In this document: in pieces, positions 1 to 38,517 of the stretch
Layout: the number at the start of each line of letters is the position of its first letter
How positions within the stretch are numbered: the first letter of the stretch is position 1
Assembly (NCBI GenBank): GCA_030141605.1
Contig: JAQGDQ010000188.1
Span: 186,001 to 250,000, forward strand
Length of the DNA: 64,000 nucleotides
Reading direction: 5' to 3'
Source of the DNA: Tubiluchus corallicola
Lineage: Eukaryota > Animalia > Priapulida
The notes under the pieces: generated by a model
The model's input: the letters and a program-made list of their open reading frames with translations, nothing else
Told to the model about the DNA's origin: nothing
The model's database searches: none
Program-made: the position numbers and the translations under genes

Positions 1-21
1 AGTACATTTTTTACACGTAAG

Positions 22-2127
22 CAAACTGTATTTAATGAACATTTATTTTGATGTAAGCCTAACTGAATCTTAAAAAATTAGGCCAAATATAAGTAATGTC
101 TGCACATGATATTATAAGGTATTATGACACGCGTGTCGAGTTATGACAAGTTATGTCGGCTGCTTAGGATGACAGCTCTGATGTTTCCTTCAGTTATTTT
201 TTGTTTACTGATAATAAAAAAGAGGAGTAATGTAAATGCATCTCTGCTTGTTCAACGTAATTTTATAACTAACTCCAACTTATAACAAAGGCCAATGTAT
301 GATTATATGCTTTTTAAACATTTTTTAACTTGGAATTAACCAAACATGCAGATGCTTAGATTAAGTTATGTTCTGGAAAATTATTTGCTCTTCTGAAAAA
401 ATCGATTTTTTTTCTATGAAAGGTATTACACATGAAAGTCAGGCCTAATATTTCTTCAAGTTATATTTCCTGATAAGAACATATGAAATAGAAATGTTTT
501 TAGAAAAAATATTTCTCCAGAAATCGAATACTACATGAGCCAGGTATTCTTTCTTTTGATCAACTTTCTTAACTTCTTTTGTAAATAAGCCTATTAATTT
601 TCATGAGATATGATTATAATAATTTTTATTTTAACTACAAATTATTCTTAACGCCTTATGCTTACTTTAAATAATATTCAAAAAGATAACAGCTGCTATA
701 AATCGTCAAAGAGAGATGTAGGCCTTGCAGTCTTTGCTTAGCGTACAAAATATTTAACTAGTAACAAAAGTTTCAAAACTGTGTTATAATTAACATTTTA
801 TTATAATTACCTGGCTGCATCCTTGCGAAATTTAAAAATATATCTTTTTGTGTTTTTGCAACTCACTGCTGAGCAATTTATGAATGCCTGTTAACCGGGC
901 TGGTTTTGATGGTCTCATCAATTCATCTGCTACAGTTCCCACAGCCTGCGCTGTAGCGTACCTGACAACAACAGGCCGCACTGAATGGCCGTTAGGGCGA
1001 CACTAACTGCGCGAACTACTGCGCAGAAGGACTTTCCCTACTTTATTGTGTATACTTTGCTTTCATCATACGCAAAGTACCATAGACAAAGTATACACAA
1101 TAAAGTAGGGAAAGTCCTTCTGCGCAGTAGTTCGCGCAGTTAGTGTCGCCCTAATGGCCATTCAGTGTGGCCTGTTGTTGTCAGGTACGCTACAGTGCAG
1201 GCTGTGGGAACTGTAGCAGATGAATTGATGAGGCCATCAAAACCAGCCCGGTTAACAGGCGCTCATAAATTGCTCAGCAGTGAGTTGCAAAAACACAAAA
1301 AGATATATTTTTAAATTTCGCAAGGATGCAGCCAGGTAATTATAATAAAATGTTAATTATAACACAGTTTTGAAACTTCTGTTACTAGTTAAATATTTTG
1401 TATGCTAAGCAAAGACTGCAAGGCCCACATCTCTCTTTGACGATTTATAGCAGCTGTTATCTTTTTGAATATTATTTAAAGTAAGCATAAGGCGTTAAGA
1501 ATAATTTGTAGTTAAAATAAAAATTATTATAATCATATCTCATAAAAATTAATAGGCTTATTTACAAAAGAAGTTAAGAAAGTTGATCAAAGAAAGAATA
1601 CCTGGCTCATGTAGTATTCGATTTCTGGAGAAATATTTTTTCTAAAAAACATTTCTATTTCATATGTTCTTATCAGGAAATATAACTTGAAGAAATATTA
1701 GGCCTGACTTTCATGTGTAATACCTTTCATAGAAAAAAAATCGATTTTTTTTCAGAAGAGCAAATAATTTTCCAGAACATAACTTAATCTAAGCATCTGC
1801 ATGTTTTGTTAATTCCAAGTTAAAAAAATGTTTAAAAAGCATATAATCATACGTTGGCCTTTGTTATAAGTTGGAGTTAGTTATAAAATTACGTTGAACA
1901 AGCAGAGATGCATTTACATTACTCCTCTTTTTTATTATCAGTAAACAAAAAATAACTGAAGGAAACATCAGAGCTGTCATCCTAAGCAGCCGACATAACT
2001 TGTCATAACTCGACACGCGTGTCATAATACCTTATAATATCATGTGCAGACATTACTTATATTTGGCCTAATTTTTTAAGATTCAGTTAGGCTTACATCA
2101 AAATAAATGTTCATTAAATACAATTTG
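22..2127. repeat. Long inverted repeat (palindrome): ~1.04 kb arms at 22-1059 and 1087-2127, 27-bp spacer
   Basis: Reverse-complement match read along the arms, e.g. 1021 gcgcagaaggactttccctactttattgtgtatactttg vs 1087 caaagtatacacaataaagtagggaaagtccttctgcgc. About 15 differences counted by eye. Confidence 0.97.
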
Positions 2128-3108
2128 TTTTTTATTATTTTTATTTAGTATTATTGTTATTATTTTGCATGTTTTTCTCATATTGAGTTATGCATGGACG
2201 ATATGACAGCTTGAATTTGGTCATTTTTTGCACTAATGTTTTTCTTTTGCTAATAGGTACTATTACGACCTTTGTTACTTTATTAGTAAGGTATAAATCA
2301 ATTTAAATGAAATTATTCATTCATCGCAGCCTATATCAAAATCATAATTGCATATTATGTTTTTCTTATGTTTCCTTGCTATTATTACATCATTTACTTT
2401 ATTACATCAATTTCATTGAGTCATCTACAAAAGCACGCATATCTTTAATAATTTTTTCACTTTCATTTAAGTAAGGTGAGTCGGTGAGAGTGTTAATGAC
2501 CGTATGGTCGTACACTCACCTCACACTACTCAAATCATTTTTTTTATTGTTTATTTATGTGTACAATATTGTATTTTGATGTGTGAAATAAAATTCATAG
2601 TTCATAGTTCCGTCTTTCTTTTAACTCTCTCTCCCTCTCTTTCTCTCTAAGAGAGGGAGGGAGAAAAAAATCAATAAATCAATGAAAATTTTTCATTACT
2701 TTTTTACATAGTAGGTAGCCCATCACGCAGTCAGCTAGCCTCTTTTCTCAGGAAAAACAATAAAATTTTACTTACAAGAAAACTGAACAGGCATTTGCAA
2801 GTACATAATGCTTATTGCTACAATTTTTGCCTTTTCATGAAATGTTTTCAGTTTTTTTAAACTAATAATTGCTTTTAATTGAGATATACTTCTTTTATTA
2901 AAAACGCAAAAGTGATTTTGGCTTATCAAAATTGCACGTATGCCAACACTACTGGTGAACTTAATAATATTATTATTACAGTCAATGCGGCGCTCCAAAT
3001 TTTTCACTGAATGGCCGTTTGATGCCGCCAGCATAGCCGCTAATCGCAAAAATGAAATACGTAACAATAGGCGGCTTTCGTCACTTCCTCTTTGTACACT
3101 TTGCCATA
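1081..3108. mobile_element. Possible non-autonomous DNA transposon (CATAGA-type terminus, P-like) overlapping the right palindrome arm
   Basis: catagacaaagtataca at 1081 is imperfectly inverted by tgtacactttgccata at ~3093-3108. Subterminal taatggccattcagtg (1152-1167) is inverted by cactgaatggccgtt (from 3005). No TSD found. Confidence 0.4.
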
Positions 3109-3479
3109 GATGAGAATATAAGTTTGTAGACCTTTCTTCACGACTCTTACCTTAAATCTGAATAGCCGTCAATGGACTTTCTGTCGAAATCATGATGTCG
3201 TCAATGATCGTTTTATTTGTTTTACTGTTGTTAACTTGTTGTACACAGCCCTTACCATTTTTCCGATCATGTCATTATCTCACAGGTTTCTACTATATCA
3301 CAAAAGAGTTTTAAAGAACTGTGTTAATCCAATTGCACAGTTTGGCTTCATTATTGTTATACATAGATCACATACTAGGAATTAGATCAAAAGATAATAA
3401 AACACGTTATCATTACGAACAACTTAAAATAAACAAAAAAACTAACCTTTAGCATTGAAAAGACTAAATATATCTTAAA

Positions 3480-4345
3480 TACAGCTAAAAATGTCTAAAA
3501 GCCAAATATAAGATGAAAAAAACATAAGGCTAAGACATGTACTAATACAGCAAGCTAATGAGTATAAGTACTTGGGTGACTGGATAAATGAAAAAAAACA
3601 ATTATAGCACTACATTACGCGAAAAAAAACAATAAGTTTATGGTAAGGGAAATTAATAATTGTGGCAACCAAGCTAAATAAGTGAGTACACAGTACACAC
3701 TGGCTATTAAAAAAGGTCGCAACAATGGTAATACCAGCTTTATTTTCACATTGTGAAAGGAACAAGGACCATAAGACCGTTGGTGAATGGAAACAATTAG
3801 AGCAAATCTAGTATAAACCACTAAGCAATTAAATTATTAAAATTAAAAGGTATACATCGAATCGGAAAATACTAGATTAAACAAATTAATGGCCAATGAA
3901 ACAGAGATTTATATAAAAAATTAATGTTCTTAGAGAACTTGCTAAACTTAGATGACGATTGATTAGCAAAACAAATAATAGTAGAACAAAAGGAAACAGA
4001 GTGCTCTAACTGCTGGTATGCTGAAATCAAACAAATCGTTAAAAACCATCATAATAAAACAGCCAGCAGAAGACTCGTCTAAAATAACTAAATCACAATA
4101 GAAAAAGAAGTTTGAACTTACATTAATCGGGGATGTTGAACAGAAATTTGAACAAGAAAGAAAGTCGATGTCAAAACATAAATTTTTTTGAAAGAAATTT
4201 TTAAAAAAATCATATGCATTAACCAGTAATGAAACTCGAGTGAGAGATTTTATGTATATTAGACACAAGACAAGTACTAAAGAAAAGTAACGTCAACTGC
4301 CCTATGTGTTGCAAGGAAAAAGACTCTACAGAACATGTGTAGAGC
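3480..4345 (+). mobile_element. Degenerate non-LTR retrotransposon (LINE) ORF2 3' remnant
   Basis: Broken frames give EYKYLGDWINE (~3560, RT YKYLG motif), IPALFSHCE (~3730) and a terminal NCPMCCKEKDSTEHV zinc-knuckle-like motif (~4295-4339), with many stops and frameshifts. Confidence 0.75.
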
Positions 4346-4391
4346 CTTGCAGGCAGTGAAAATTGAATTTAGTTACATTTTATGTGTACAA

Positions 4392-4429
4392 ACACACGCA
4401 CGCACACACACACACACACACACGCACAC
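4392..4429. repeat. (CA)n microsatellite
   Basis: acacacgcacgcacacacacacacacacacacgcacac. Confidence 0.9.
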
Positions 4430-4501
4430 CAGTGAATATATATAATATTACATAGACTAGATAAGTAGAGACACATCACTCTAAATTCTTTTCTAACAGT
4501 A

Positions 4502-4507
4502 TTTATT
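4502..4507 (-). terminator. Candidate polyadenylation signal for NALCN (3' UTR ~1.27 kb)
   Basis: tttatt = AATAAA on the - strand, downstream of the NALCN stop. Other variants exist nearer the stop. Confidence 0.4.
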
Positions 4508-5761
4508 GTTAAGTGGCCTGCATACAGGTTGTTTTCCAACAAAATTTGACTTTTTGTGTATAAACATTTTGAAAAATATCAAGCAAACTTAAATAGAAAG
4601 AATGCAAAAACATAACGATTTTGCTACTTATATGTTCTGTTCAAAGTTAGTTACTTAATAGAAACTTCGAAAAAACAACTTTTTATAATTTGGATAGAGG
4701 AAATTGGCAAAGAGGAATTTGATTTAACAACCAATACTACAAACTACAGCACAATAAAACAGAACAAAGCAATAACATGAACACTTGACATATATGCTAT
4801 CTGCAGCTAATCATAAGACAATTCATACACTAAGATTAGATTTAAGTTATAACACAATTTTGACTTACACTAGCTTATATACACACAAACAACAATATTG
4901 CACAGATACATTGTGCAGTTTCATAATTTAACATGTTTTGTATTTACTATATGATACACTATTTTATGTTTCATTTAAGTTAACAATTGCATCAAACTAA
5001 GTAATCATACAAAGATTACATAGTTAATATACCTAAAAAAACATAACAGACAATTCTACACTACAATAACAAAATATAACCTAGGTTTACCATGTAACTG
5101 ACTAGACAACAAAATAAATATTTTACAATTTACAATGAAACAATACTTAATTTTAAATACTGTAACAATGAAAGATCAATTGACCACAGTTCCTCAAACC
5201 CAAAATTCTTCAAATATTATTTGACTATTGAAATTGAACTAATATTTCAGAATATAAGAACCACTGAGGAGTAAGACTTACTACATTTAGTATTAGACTA
5301 GATTTTTTTCTCACTCATATTGTTTTCACAAGAAAAAAATTGAATAATCTTGATATGGCAACCAATTATGACTAAATAAAAGTTATTATCTTGATCACAC
5401 GCATATTTTATACAGTAGATACACACAAAAATAAGTGTAATTAATCTTGTGTATAGTTTGAGCTCTAACTATCAAAAAGAAATTCAAGAATGAAAATTAG
5501 AAGACACTTGTCCCACTATTGTAGCTGAACCCTGACAAGGAGAACTATGCAATGTTTCAATTTAACCCTAATTACCAAACTTGCACAATAGGCATAAGTA
5601 AGAACACATCTTTTGTGCAAAATAAATGGACATTGCGGAATGTTTCGGCTATAACATTCATTACATTATTAGTCACAACAAGTATGTTAAATAAATACGT
5701 TTTTCCCATGTAAGTTTTCCGATGTTTTTCTCAAAACTAACAGCATAACAAACCCACATTT

Positions 5762-30512
<24,751 letters not shown>

Positions 30513-31110
30513 GGTATTCAAAGTGATGAAGACATTATGTAAAATCCCACCATGCATCCGTCAGAATTCCCAAACTGCATAGCACATTGATCTACATCAG
30601 TGAGATCATCTAAAGAACAATTTGAGCCTGCATTAACCCATATGCTGATAAATAAACCACGTGTTACGATGAAGGTGTTTACATAAATAAGGTTTGAAAG
30701 AAATATATAAATTTAAACAGAAGCCAATCAAGCTAAACGAGTAATTTGGGCAGGGTGATATCCATTCAAGATACTTGAAAAAAGTAAAACCAGAACTCAA
30801 AGCCATTATTAGGCATTTTCTGCAAATCAGTAGAAGAACAGACACTGCCCAACAACTTGAAGTCAAGTCACAACTATCCACAAGAAAGATATTTATTATA
30901 ACGGCATTTAGATATCCCAGTAGTTGAATTAATGTTTTGTTATGTAGTTTAGAATATGGATATTAATAATAACAATACATATCAATAATTATTGATTATC
31001 ATGTCGATATGAAAAATTTGTTTTTACCTTTGTCATATTAATATTATTCTAAGAATATCGTTATCATATAGAATTTGGCCCGCGTTGTTGCTTATCATTT
31101 ACCTTTATAA

Positions 31111-31879
31111 TAGGAATGCACCGAAATTGGGAAACAGTCGGATTTTGGTTACCGAACCCAAACAAATTTTCATTCGTTTGTTTTGTTTGCAGAAAAAAAT
31201 TCTGTAAAAAAAGTTCTGTTTTGGCCGAAATTTTGCAAAATTCGGTTTCAATTCGATTTATTCACATAAATTCGGCCAGTACAAAATTCGTTTTTATAAT
31301 TTTTAAATTTAGAGTAACTGTGTCAACCGCAGGTAAATGATGCATATCGAATGCCAGCATATGAAATTTTTTATTCATTAGGTTTTTAATACAGCAGACT
31401 GAAAGTTTAATGTAAAATATTTGAGACCCTAATACAATAGGTAAAATGTTGACTATATGGTATATGGTTATTGATTAAGCTACAATTACTATACTGTTAT
31501 CTGTTAAAGATTTAAGTACTGGTTATCTAGTGTTTATATTATCAAGATGAAATTTGTAAACATATCAAGGCGGTTACATAACACAAAAATTTTACTTCTC
31601 CAAGTGTGAAAATAAACCCCTCCTGAAAAACATGCTGAGGCCACCTGTAACTATTGAAATTTATTATTATAATAAAGTTCATAATTCAATATCAGTAAAA
31701 AATATTGTGAAATTCGGCTCAATTCAGTTTCGGTAAAAAAAAATTGTGAAATTCGACTCAATTCAGTTTCAGCAAAACAAAATTGTAGAAATTAAGTTTA
31801 AATTCAGTTTGGCCAAAGAAAGGTTTGAAAAATTCGGTACTAGTTCAGTTCAGTAAAATTGGGTTTCAGTGCATCTCTA
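31111..31879. mobile_element. hAT-type MITE
   Basis: TIRs taggaatgcaccgaaa / tttcagtgcatctcta; 8-bp flanks ctttataa / ctttatat; subterminal ttcgg/ttcag repeats. Confidence 0.82.
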
Positions 31880-32589
31880 CTTTATATTATCATTTCACTT
31901 TGCTTTTCTATTTATTTACAGTAATTATGCAAAAAAATGGATACAAAGAATTATTTAAAATTATAAGCTTGTCAGATGTCGAATCATTTTCTTGTACTTT
32001 CACCTGGTAATGACAGTTATCTTAATTTTGAATCATACTGATGTGCGGATGCTAAATACGTCATTTCGTATTTTCAGCGTCATTTTCCCGGTCACGTGCA
32101 GCTCGCATAAATAAACATTTTTATCCTAGTAGTATGCTCACTTATTTATGAATCATTATGATAATGACGCAGAAAATTTCATCATAGACATGTAGTCGGT
32201 ACATGAATCGGAAAACAGTCTGCAAAAATATGGCATTACATAACATAAAGACACCTTGCATGACTTCTTACACACCGTCAGCAGTGACTGACTTTTAGCA
32301 GAAATCATGGCTGACTTATCATCTGACAATATACACTGACAATAGTATAGCAGAATTGTCAGAATCATTTTACTTCTACGAGTGAGGGTTCAAAAACATT
32401 CGCCATCTGTATGTACTGCAAACGAAAGTCGATGTATTACAGCTCAGTTGTTGGCAAATGATTCATTTCATGTGCCTGACTTCTTAGTTCTTACTGTGTA
32501 AGCAAAAACAACTGCTCTCGTAAAAAATGATACATAGTAAAAAATTACTGTTCCCAAAATTACAACTTTTTCTGTTGATACATATATTG

Positions 32590-32733
32590 TCTAACGTCAG
32601 TATCGTTTTATTGTTCTAAAAAATTGATTGTATCGTATAATCTAAAAAAAGATTATTGTTATCATATCGTTCGAAAAAAGTATCGTATAGTATCATTAAC
32701 GTAACGCCAAATTTGTATCGTTTAACATCCCTA
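32590..32733. mobile_element. End of a second hAT-like element (tatcgt repeats, ...aacatcccta); a degenerate partner end may lie at ~30955-31075
   Basis: Repeated tatcgt/tatcat motifs ending in catcccta. Similar motifs occur left of the 31111 MITE. Confidence 0.5.
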
Positions 32734-34584
32734 GTTCGGAATGTTGTGTATTTCTTCATTTTCATTCGTTATTGCAATTTGACAGTTACTATATAGAAAA
32801 AATAAATAAAATGAATTTGAATTCAACCACTAACTTTTTGAGAACATAGGTGTTGGTCAAACCAGCAAACGATCAATATGCTCAAATTATACAGCTAATA
32901 GTCTGCTACACATTACAGAACTTTGAGGATGATGTTACTTTCTAATTTGCCAAAGTACTCTGTACCTAAAGTATTTGCATAATAAACACAAATTGAATTG
33001 AATTACTGCAGTTTCAAGTAAAACCCAACATACTTCAGTATGGACATACACATAAAAATTCCAATCACAGCATTAGACGAGTTCGATTTTCACTCACTTG
33101 GGCAAAATTACTTAGAATGTTTGAATCTAATTTACAAAAGATTTATTGCACTATACTGTTTTAACAAAAAAAGTTTATCATTATTCATTACTGCAATTAT
33201 GATGTTTGTACTGTTGGTATCATCTAAATTGAGAAAAGTTGGCTAAAGTCACTTACACAAGAAATGATTAAATTAGAGGCTCCACAGTTCTTAAGAAAAC
33301 TGCTATCTAGAACTAGAAAGAGTACAAATAACCATGGACAGTTTTACTCTCGATGCCTATCTGGTTCAGATAGTGTGGACACAACGAAAGCAGATATGCC
33401 GCGTGGTCGTGACAAAAAAGAAACAAATATGAAGGCAGAAATGATTCTACGTGAAAATTGGGAAACACTGAGAGTATATGATTTTATTGGAAATTGTAAA
33501 CGACAGAAAAATGTTGGATAAACATTAAAGATCTTAAAGCCAAACTGGAGTGATGACTAAAACACTATTTAAAGAAAACCTGGCACCATGTTCTTGCGTG
33601 GGGGCTCAGCCTTAGGGGGGAAGTGGGTTCTGCGTATTCACTGTATGCGCAGTTGTGAAAATCAATACCCCAGTGCGTTCTTATATTACTAGCAATTATC
33701 TTTATGTTATTTATGGCTACCATAGGCGTCGTTATAAATGGATTATACTGTATTACACTTTCTCACCTTCTAGTTTTTAGTGTAATACATTCTGGCATTT
33801 CTTCAAAATGCTAACAATAACGGCCAACAATTAACCACAAAACGTTGACAATAATGAAAATTCTTAAAATAAATACAAATTGCCTGACACAGCAACAGAT
33901 AAAATCATTTACAGCAATTTCTGCTTAATAGCAACGACCCGGATTATGAGCGAAAAGACATGAATTTTTTATTTATTAGTCTTTTCGTGCACACAGTTAC
34001 GAACAGTAGTTTTGCACATGAATTGTTAACAGAAACGATCATTTTTGCTGAACGGATGTACAAGCTTTTTCACAACAATTACGTAAATTACCACAATTAG
34101 TGTTATAAAACTTAAACAGATAAGTATAACATCTAATCTAGACAATATTTAAAAAAGGCTATCTCTTGTATTGCTAAATGATGTTAAATGAATTGGTAAG
34201 TTAACAGTGCGGTAGAAATTTTGTGTAATAGTAATAATAAGTGTGTCAATTATTAAATAAACTGTTACTCTTAGCCAAAAACGATGGTTCTAAACAATAC
34301 TGTCACTATATAGCATTTTATTATTAAATTTTGTGAATCTCATAAAAATTTGCGCTTTAATTACATTTTAAAATGATTGACGAGTAGTGTGGTGCATTAT
34401 TTCAAGTTCCACAACCATATGAGTACATTGTATTGTTGTGAAATATAAAAGAAATAACAGCAATAATACGAAATTGAAAAAATATTTTTTTAAGTGAATA
34501 CCAGTGATTTTAAGTCAAAAATAACTTTGTTAGTAAAAAAAGGAGATCCTGAAGACTGAGATTCAAATGCACTGGGATAACTAT

Positions 34585-34970
34585 TAGGGGAGCATTCTCT
34601 ACCAGAAAGCGAATTTGAATCAAATTCGTGACTTTCAAATTCGAATCGAACTGAATTTCAGTATTTCCAATTTGAATTAAGATCGAAAATTTTTCGAACC
34701 GGTAAAAACTGGCCTTACGAAGGTCATGCATAGCACTCGATTTGTTCTGCATTAAAACCACTAATACTTTATTTAGAAATTGTGCACAGAAATCACAGCT
34801 AAACTGTGCTAATTGCATGACGTGTCAAACGTTCTAATGATAAAGGCATGTGGTTGAAGTGGGGAATTATTCGAATCCATAATTTGTCAACATTCTAACC
34901 AAAAAACTCGTTCAAATCGAATTTAAACTCTATTCAAGCGCTCGAACTCGAACGTTGGATACTCACCCTA
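34585..34970 (-). mobile_element. TTCGAA-rich hAT MITE, diverged copy of the element at 54125-54533
   Basis: taggggagcattctctaccagaaagcgaatt...cgaacgttggatactcacccta is the reverse complement of the 54125-54533 element. Confidence 0.88.
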
Positions 34971-36077
34971 ATAAGGACCTATATCAAACTGTATTCAAAT
35001 TATAGCTTTTATTACACACGTCTTTAGCATTTGTAGGCTATAGCTGCTTGACCAAAAACAAATAAAATGACTAAATAAATGACTGTAATTGCTAAAGTAC
35101 ATATTATTACAGAGGTATTCATGTTTACAGGCACACTGAAACTAGGCTGTCAGTGGCTTCCACTGTCGTATGTTCGTTAAGTGGTTGAATTTTACAAAAA
35201 CATCAAACATAAACAACTATCGTGTCAAAGCTTCTCAACTCCTGTTTAAACTTAAATGTACATATACCTAGTACACTTCTTTTACTTTTGTTAGCACACA
35301 CAAAGCACGAACTAATAATTGATGAACACAAAGTAACTAGTAATAACAAGCAGGAGTTTATAACAGTTAGTTTTTGTACAGTTAGGCAAGCTGTAAACCA
35401 CTATGGGATTCACTAGTATATTTTTCACGTAATTCGGGAAACCAGTATTTAATTGCATGGCCTAATGCGATGTTGATGCTGGAGGCACTAAAACTGACTC
35501 ATCATAAAGCCTAATTTTCTTGGGCAAAAATACTGAGTTTCAGCAAAGTTTGAATGCAAATACTTCCTTTCTCCATGATCTGAACAGCAAGAACTAGCAT
35601 AGCAACAAATGATTATTGCCTAGAGTGAGTACTGAACATGGCAGTCACAAAACCGTTTACTGACCAGCCTGCACATTGCCCAACTTCATTTGCTAAGTAC
35701 ACACCACGACTACCACTCAGCCATTCCACACCCCACTGTTATTGTTTTCTGTTCCAGAAAGTTTCAGGGCTTCGTGTGTTCCAACAAATTCATACAGATA
35801 ATTTCTGTGATTAATCAACTAGTTTAATAATTTTGATAGGCATGACATCAACAGCAACACTTGTTAACATAGTCTTATAATGCACAAAAAGGTAATGAAA
35901 AATGGAAAAGTAAATCAAAATGAATAAAATGTATATATAAACACACTGCCTAACCGATTGTTGAATATGCAAGTATTTCTAACTAGTCATCATAAAAACA
36001 GTAGTGTTAACACAGGATCACTGTACACTATTAATATACTATCTTAAAAATTGCACATATTAAATTTTAATTTTTTT

Positions 36078-37268
36078 TCACAGTGACAAAGCCGAAGAAT
36101 CAAACAAATCAGTAACGCCTTCACTGTCTTCCAAAGTAAATTTATAGTCACTGTCAGTAAATGGGGGCTCCAACGATAGAAATGGATTTTCAAAAAGCTG
36201 GTCTTCTGTCTGGAATAATTTTAGAGGAGAAAAATAAGTATGTGCATTCTCTTCGGTTACAAACTTGCTAGGTGTGTTATCATGTTTTGATGTATCTGGC
36301 TTTATACTTGAAGGGGCAGGCATAGATGTCATGTTATCTGCTCTAGCAGTACTTTTCACATCAGAAACATGCTTTACCAGCTCTTCACTGGTGGACGAGG
36401 AATTGTCTTCAGGGCACAAATACACGTTAATTTCACCTCCTGAACTCTTCAGCCACATTTGTAAAGCTTGGTCAGGATGTGGTACCTCAAGTTTGGTCTC
36501 TGGTGGTGCTTTTATGGCTATAATTGTCTGATCCTCAAATTCAGTCACAGTCCTTATGTCCCTGTAAGTCACATAGGCCAGTCTTTTGTTATCGTTATCA
36601 GCTGTCAACATTTTTAACTGCAACTGAGCATTTCTAATCATTGTATCCAACCTGTGTTCTTGTAGCTGGAGTCCCGCAACTTGATCACGCAAGCATGTTC
36701 TCTGAGTCAATATTTTCTCAGTCACTTCTCCGCCACCAACCCATCTAATTTTGTTCTTTGATTCTTTTTGTATAAGTTTTACACCTTCCAGGACATTTGT
36801 AATATCGTAAATCCTGCGCTTTTGAACGCCCATTACCTCACAAGCAGTATTAAGATCAACAACACCATCAGGTGAACCTCTCAGCATGGTTACAAAACGC
36901 TTTGTAAGCAATCCTAAAGACGTATCATATCTTGATTTGTCTGGTGGAGAAGCACCTTTCAAACGTGCTGCCCTTTTTATTGAAGACTGCACTGGTGGTC
37001 TCCCACGTTTCGGTGGTGAAGATATGCATTCCACTTCGATTGCAAAAGGCGGCGGCTCTAGATCTAATTTGCGCTTTGCTTGTGGTAGTCGGTGAAACAT
37101 TTGCTCACCAAAATCAGATAAGTCTGGACCAGGAGTAAATGACGGATTCACTGCTATATCTTCCGGAAGCTTTGAATAGTCATGAACCATTCCCGGTGGA
37201 GGAGAATGAAAAATAGGAGCATCCACTTCATGTTTGATAGTGACAATACTCTTCTCATCAGAGGCCAT
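36078..37268 (-). CDS. E2F: Activator-class E2F transcription factor (E2F1/2/3-like), 396 aa, single coding exon
   Basis: Cyclin-binding [11 protein letters not shown]-binding domain [13 protein letters not shown]...[13 protein letters not shown], marked box [14 protein letters not shown], Rb-binding [17 protein letters not shown]. Acceptor tttttag|gaaaATG places the exon start at 37272 and the ATG at 37268. Confidence 0.97.
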   Translation of the reverse strand: MASDEKSIVTIKHEVDAPIFHSPPPGMVHDYSKLPEDIAVNPSFTPGPDLSDFGEQMFHRLPQAKRKLDLEPPPFAIEVECISSPPKRGRPPVQSSIKRAARLKGASPPDKSRYDTSLGLLTKRFVTMLRGSPDGVVDLNTACEVMGVQKRRIYDITNVLEGVKLIQKESKNKIRWVGGGEVTEKILTQRTCLRDQVAGLQLQEHRLDTMIRNAQLQLKMLTADNDNKRLAYVTYRDIRTVTEFEDQTIIAIKAPPETKLEVPHPDQALQMWLKSSGGEINVYLCPEDNSSSTSEELVKHVSDVKSTARADNMTSMPAPSSIKPDTSKHDNTPSKFVTEENAHTYFSPLKLFQTEDQLFENPFLSLEPPFTDSDYKFTLEDSEGVTDLFDSSALSL

Positions 37269-37554
37269 TTTCCTAAAAAATTTAAACAATCAATTAAACA
37301 CACTTTTGCTTCAGTGTATCATTTGAATTTAATTTAAATTTCATAGTAAATGCAAAAAAGTGATCAATTTTCTCAATGTTGGTATATCAAGGGAGAGTGT
37401 AAAATGAACATTTAGTAACAAAATGAAAGGTACATCCATTAGGCACATGTACAAATAATTGATTATTTGAAGGTCTGATGTGTTTTTGTTTTTCAAATAA
37501 TCATACGCTATTCGATTATTGTACAATATTGTATATGCTATATACAATGTATTG

Positions 37555-37738
37555 ACCACATGCATGACCACAAGTCGAATATGCATGATCTTTGTAAGAA
37601 GGCTTTTACTAGTTAATTAAAAATTTATTCCAAAATGTTTCAAACTGAATTCCAAATCTCGAAATTCTGTCTGGTTCAAGTTCAAAAAGTTACAAATTCA
37701 GTTCGATTTCAATATCTGGTGAAGAATGCCCACACCTA
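37555..37738 (+). mobile_element. Truncated copy of the TTCGAA-rich MITE family
   Basis: atatgcatgatctttgtaaga and ctggtgaagaatgcccacaccta match 54383-54533. Confidence 0.7.
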
Positions 37739-38517
37739 CTACATATGTACATACAATTACACCTGGACATTCTGTTGAGCCAAGTTTTTGAGGAATGAAA
37801 AAAATATTGCTTCAAGTAATGACTACGTTGTAACTTTGATGAGTATTATAATGTGGAATGGCTTGTGTAATTGCTAATAAAGAAAGAAAAACAAGTAAAC
37901 ATTTTCTACTGAAATTTCGAAAAAATACTTTAGTAAATATCTGTGTCCCTCTGCCAGAAGAAGTGTCTCGTAGAGTCGCGGACTACAAGTGTCAGTCCCC
38001 AATGATTTTCCAGCTCTGTCTGAAAGAGCTATTTATCAAAACGTCAAAATAAAAAAGCTAATAAAAATTTTAGACTATTTCATACGGAAGCCCTGTGTAA
38101 AATGGCACAACCTACATACGTGAAATGAAATGCTTTAAAATACAGAGCCAATAATCTGAAACAGTCTGAGCACGTGCTTTTACAGCACACAATTTTCCTA
38201 AAACGATTTCACAGAATAAAATTATTATCTATTTTTACAAAAATTACACAACAATGGGCTATATTAATGACTTTAAAAAGGGCACCTGAGCACACTGCTT
38301 CTAGACCAAACATGTAATTTTATCAAAGCAAAAGCAGGGTAATTATAAACTGCCTACATTGTTGCTGATCTTGCTCACACAGATTTGTACATTAGTAAAG
38401 TGAGTAAACTGATGGTGCGAGAGTACTTTTTTAAAATTAATGCGCTATACATTAACGCTGAACTTACAACCTACTAAGTATTATTTATTAGACTACTAAA
38501 CTTTGTTAGAGCGATAT

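Noticed and set aside
33331-33341. accatggacag resembling an RE1/NRSE upstream of NALCN
   Set aside because: Only the right half-site matches; the TCAGC half is missing.
36265-37138. Plus-strand ORFs overlapping E2F, and similar antisense ORFs over NALCN and DNAJB11 exons
   Set aside because: Antisense shadows of real coding sequence with no recognisable motifs.
37269-37289. ORF-track N-terminus MFKFFRK of E2F
   Set aside because: Starts at a non-ATG codon within the polypyrimidine tract; the acceptor at 37273-37274 and ATG at 37268 fit better.
37763-37771. 9-nt micro-exon adding MSRK to E2F
   Set aside because: Weak donor (GTGTAA) beside a MITE remnant; not supportable without transcripts.
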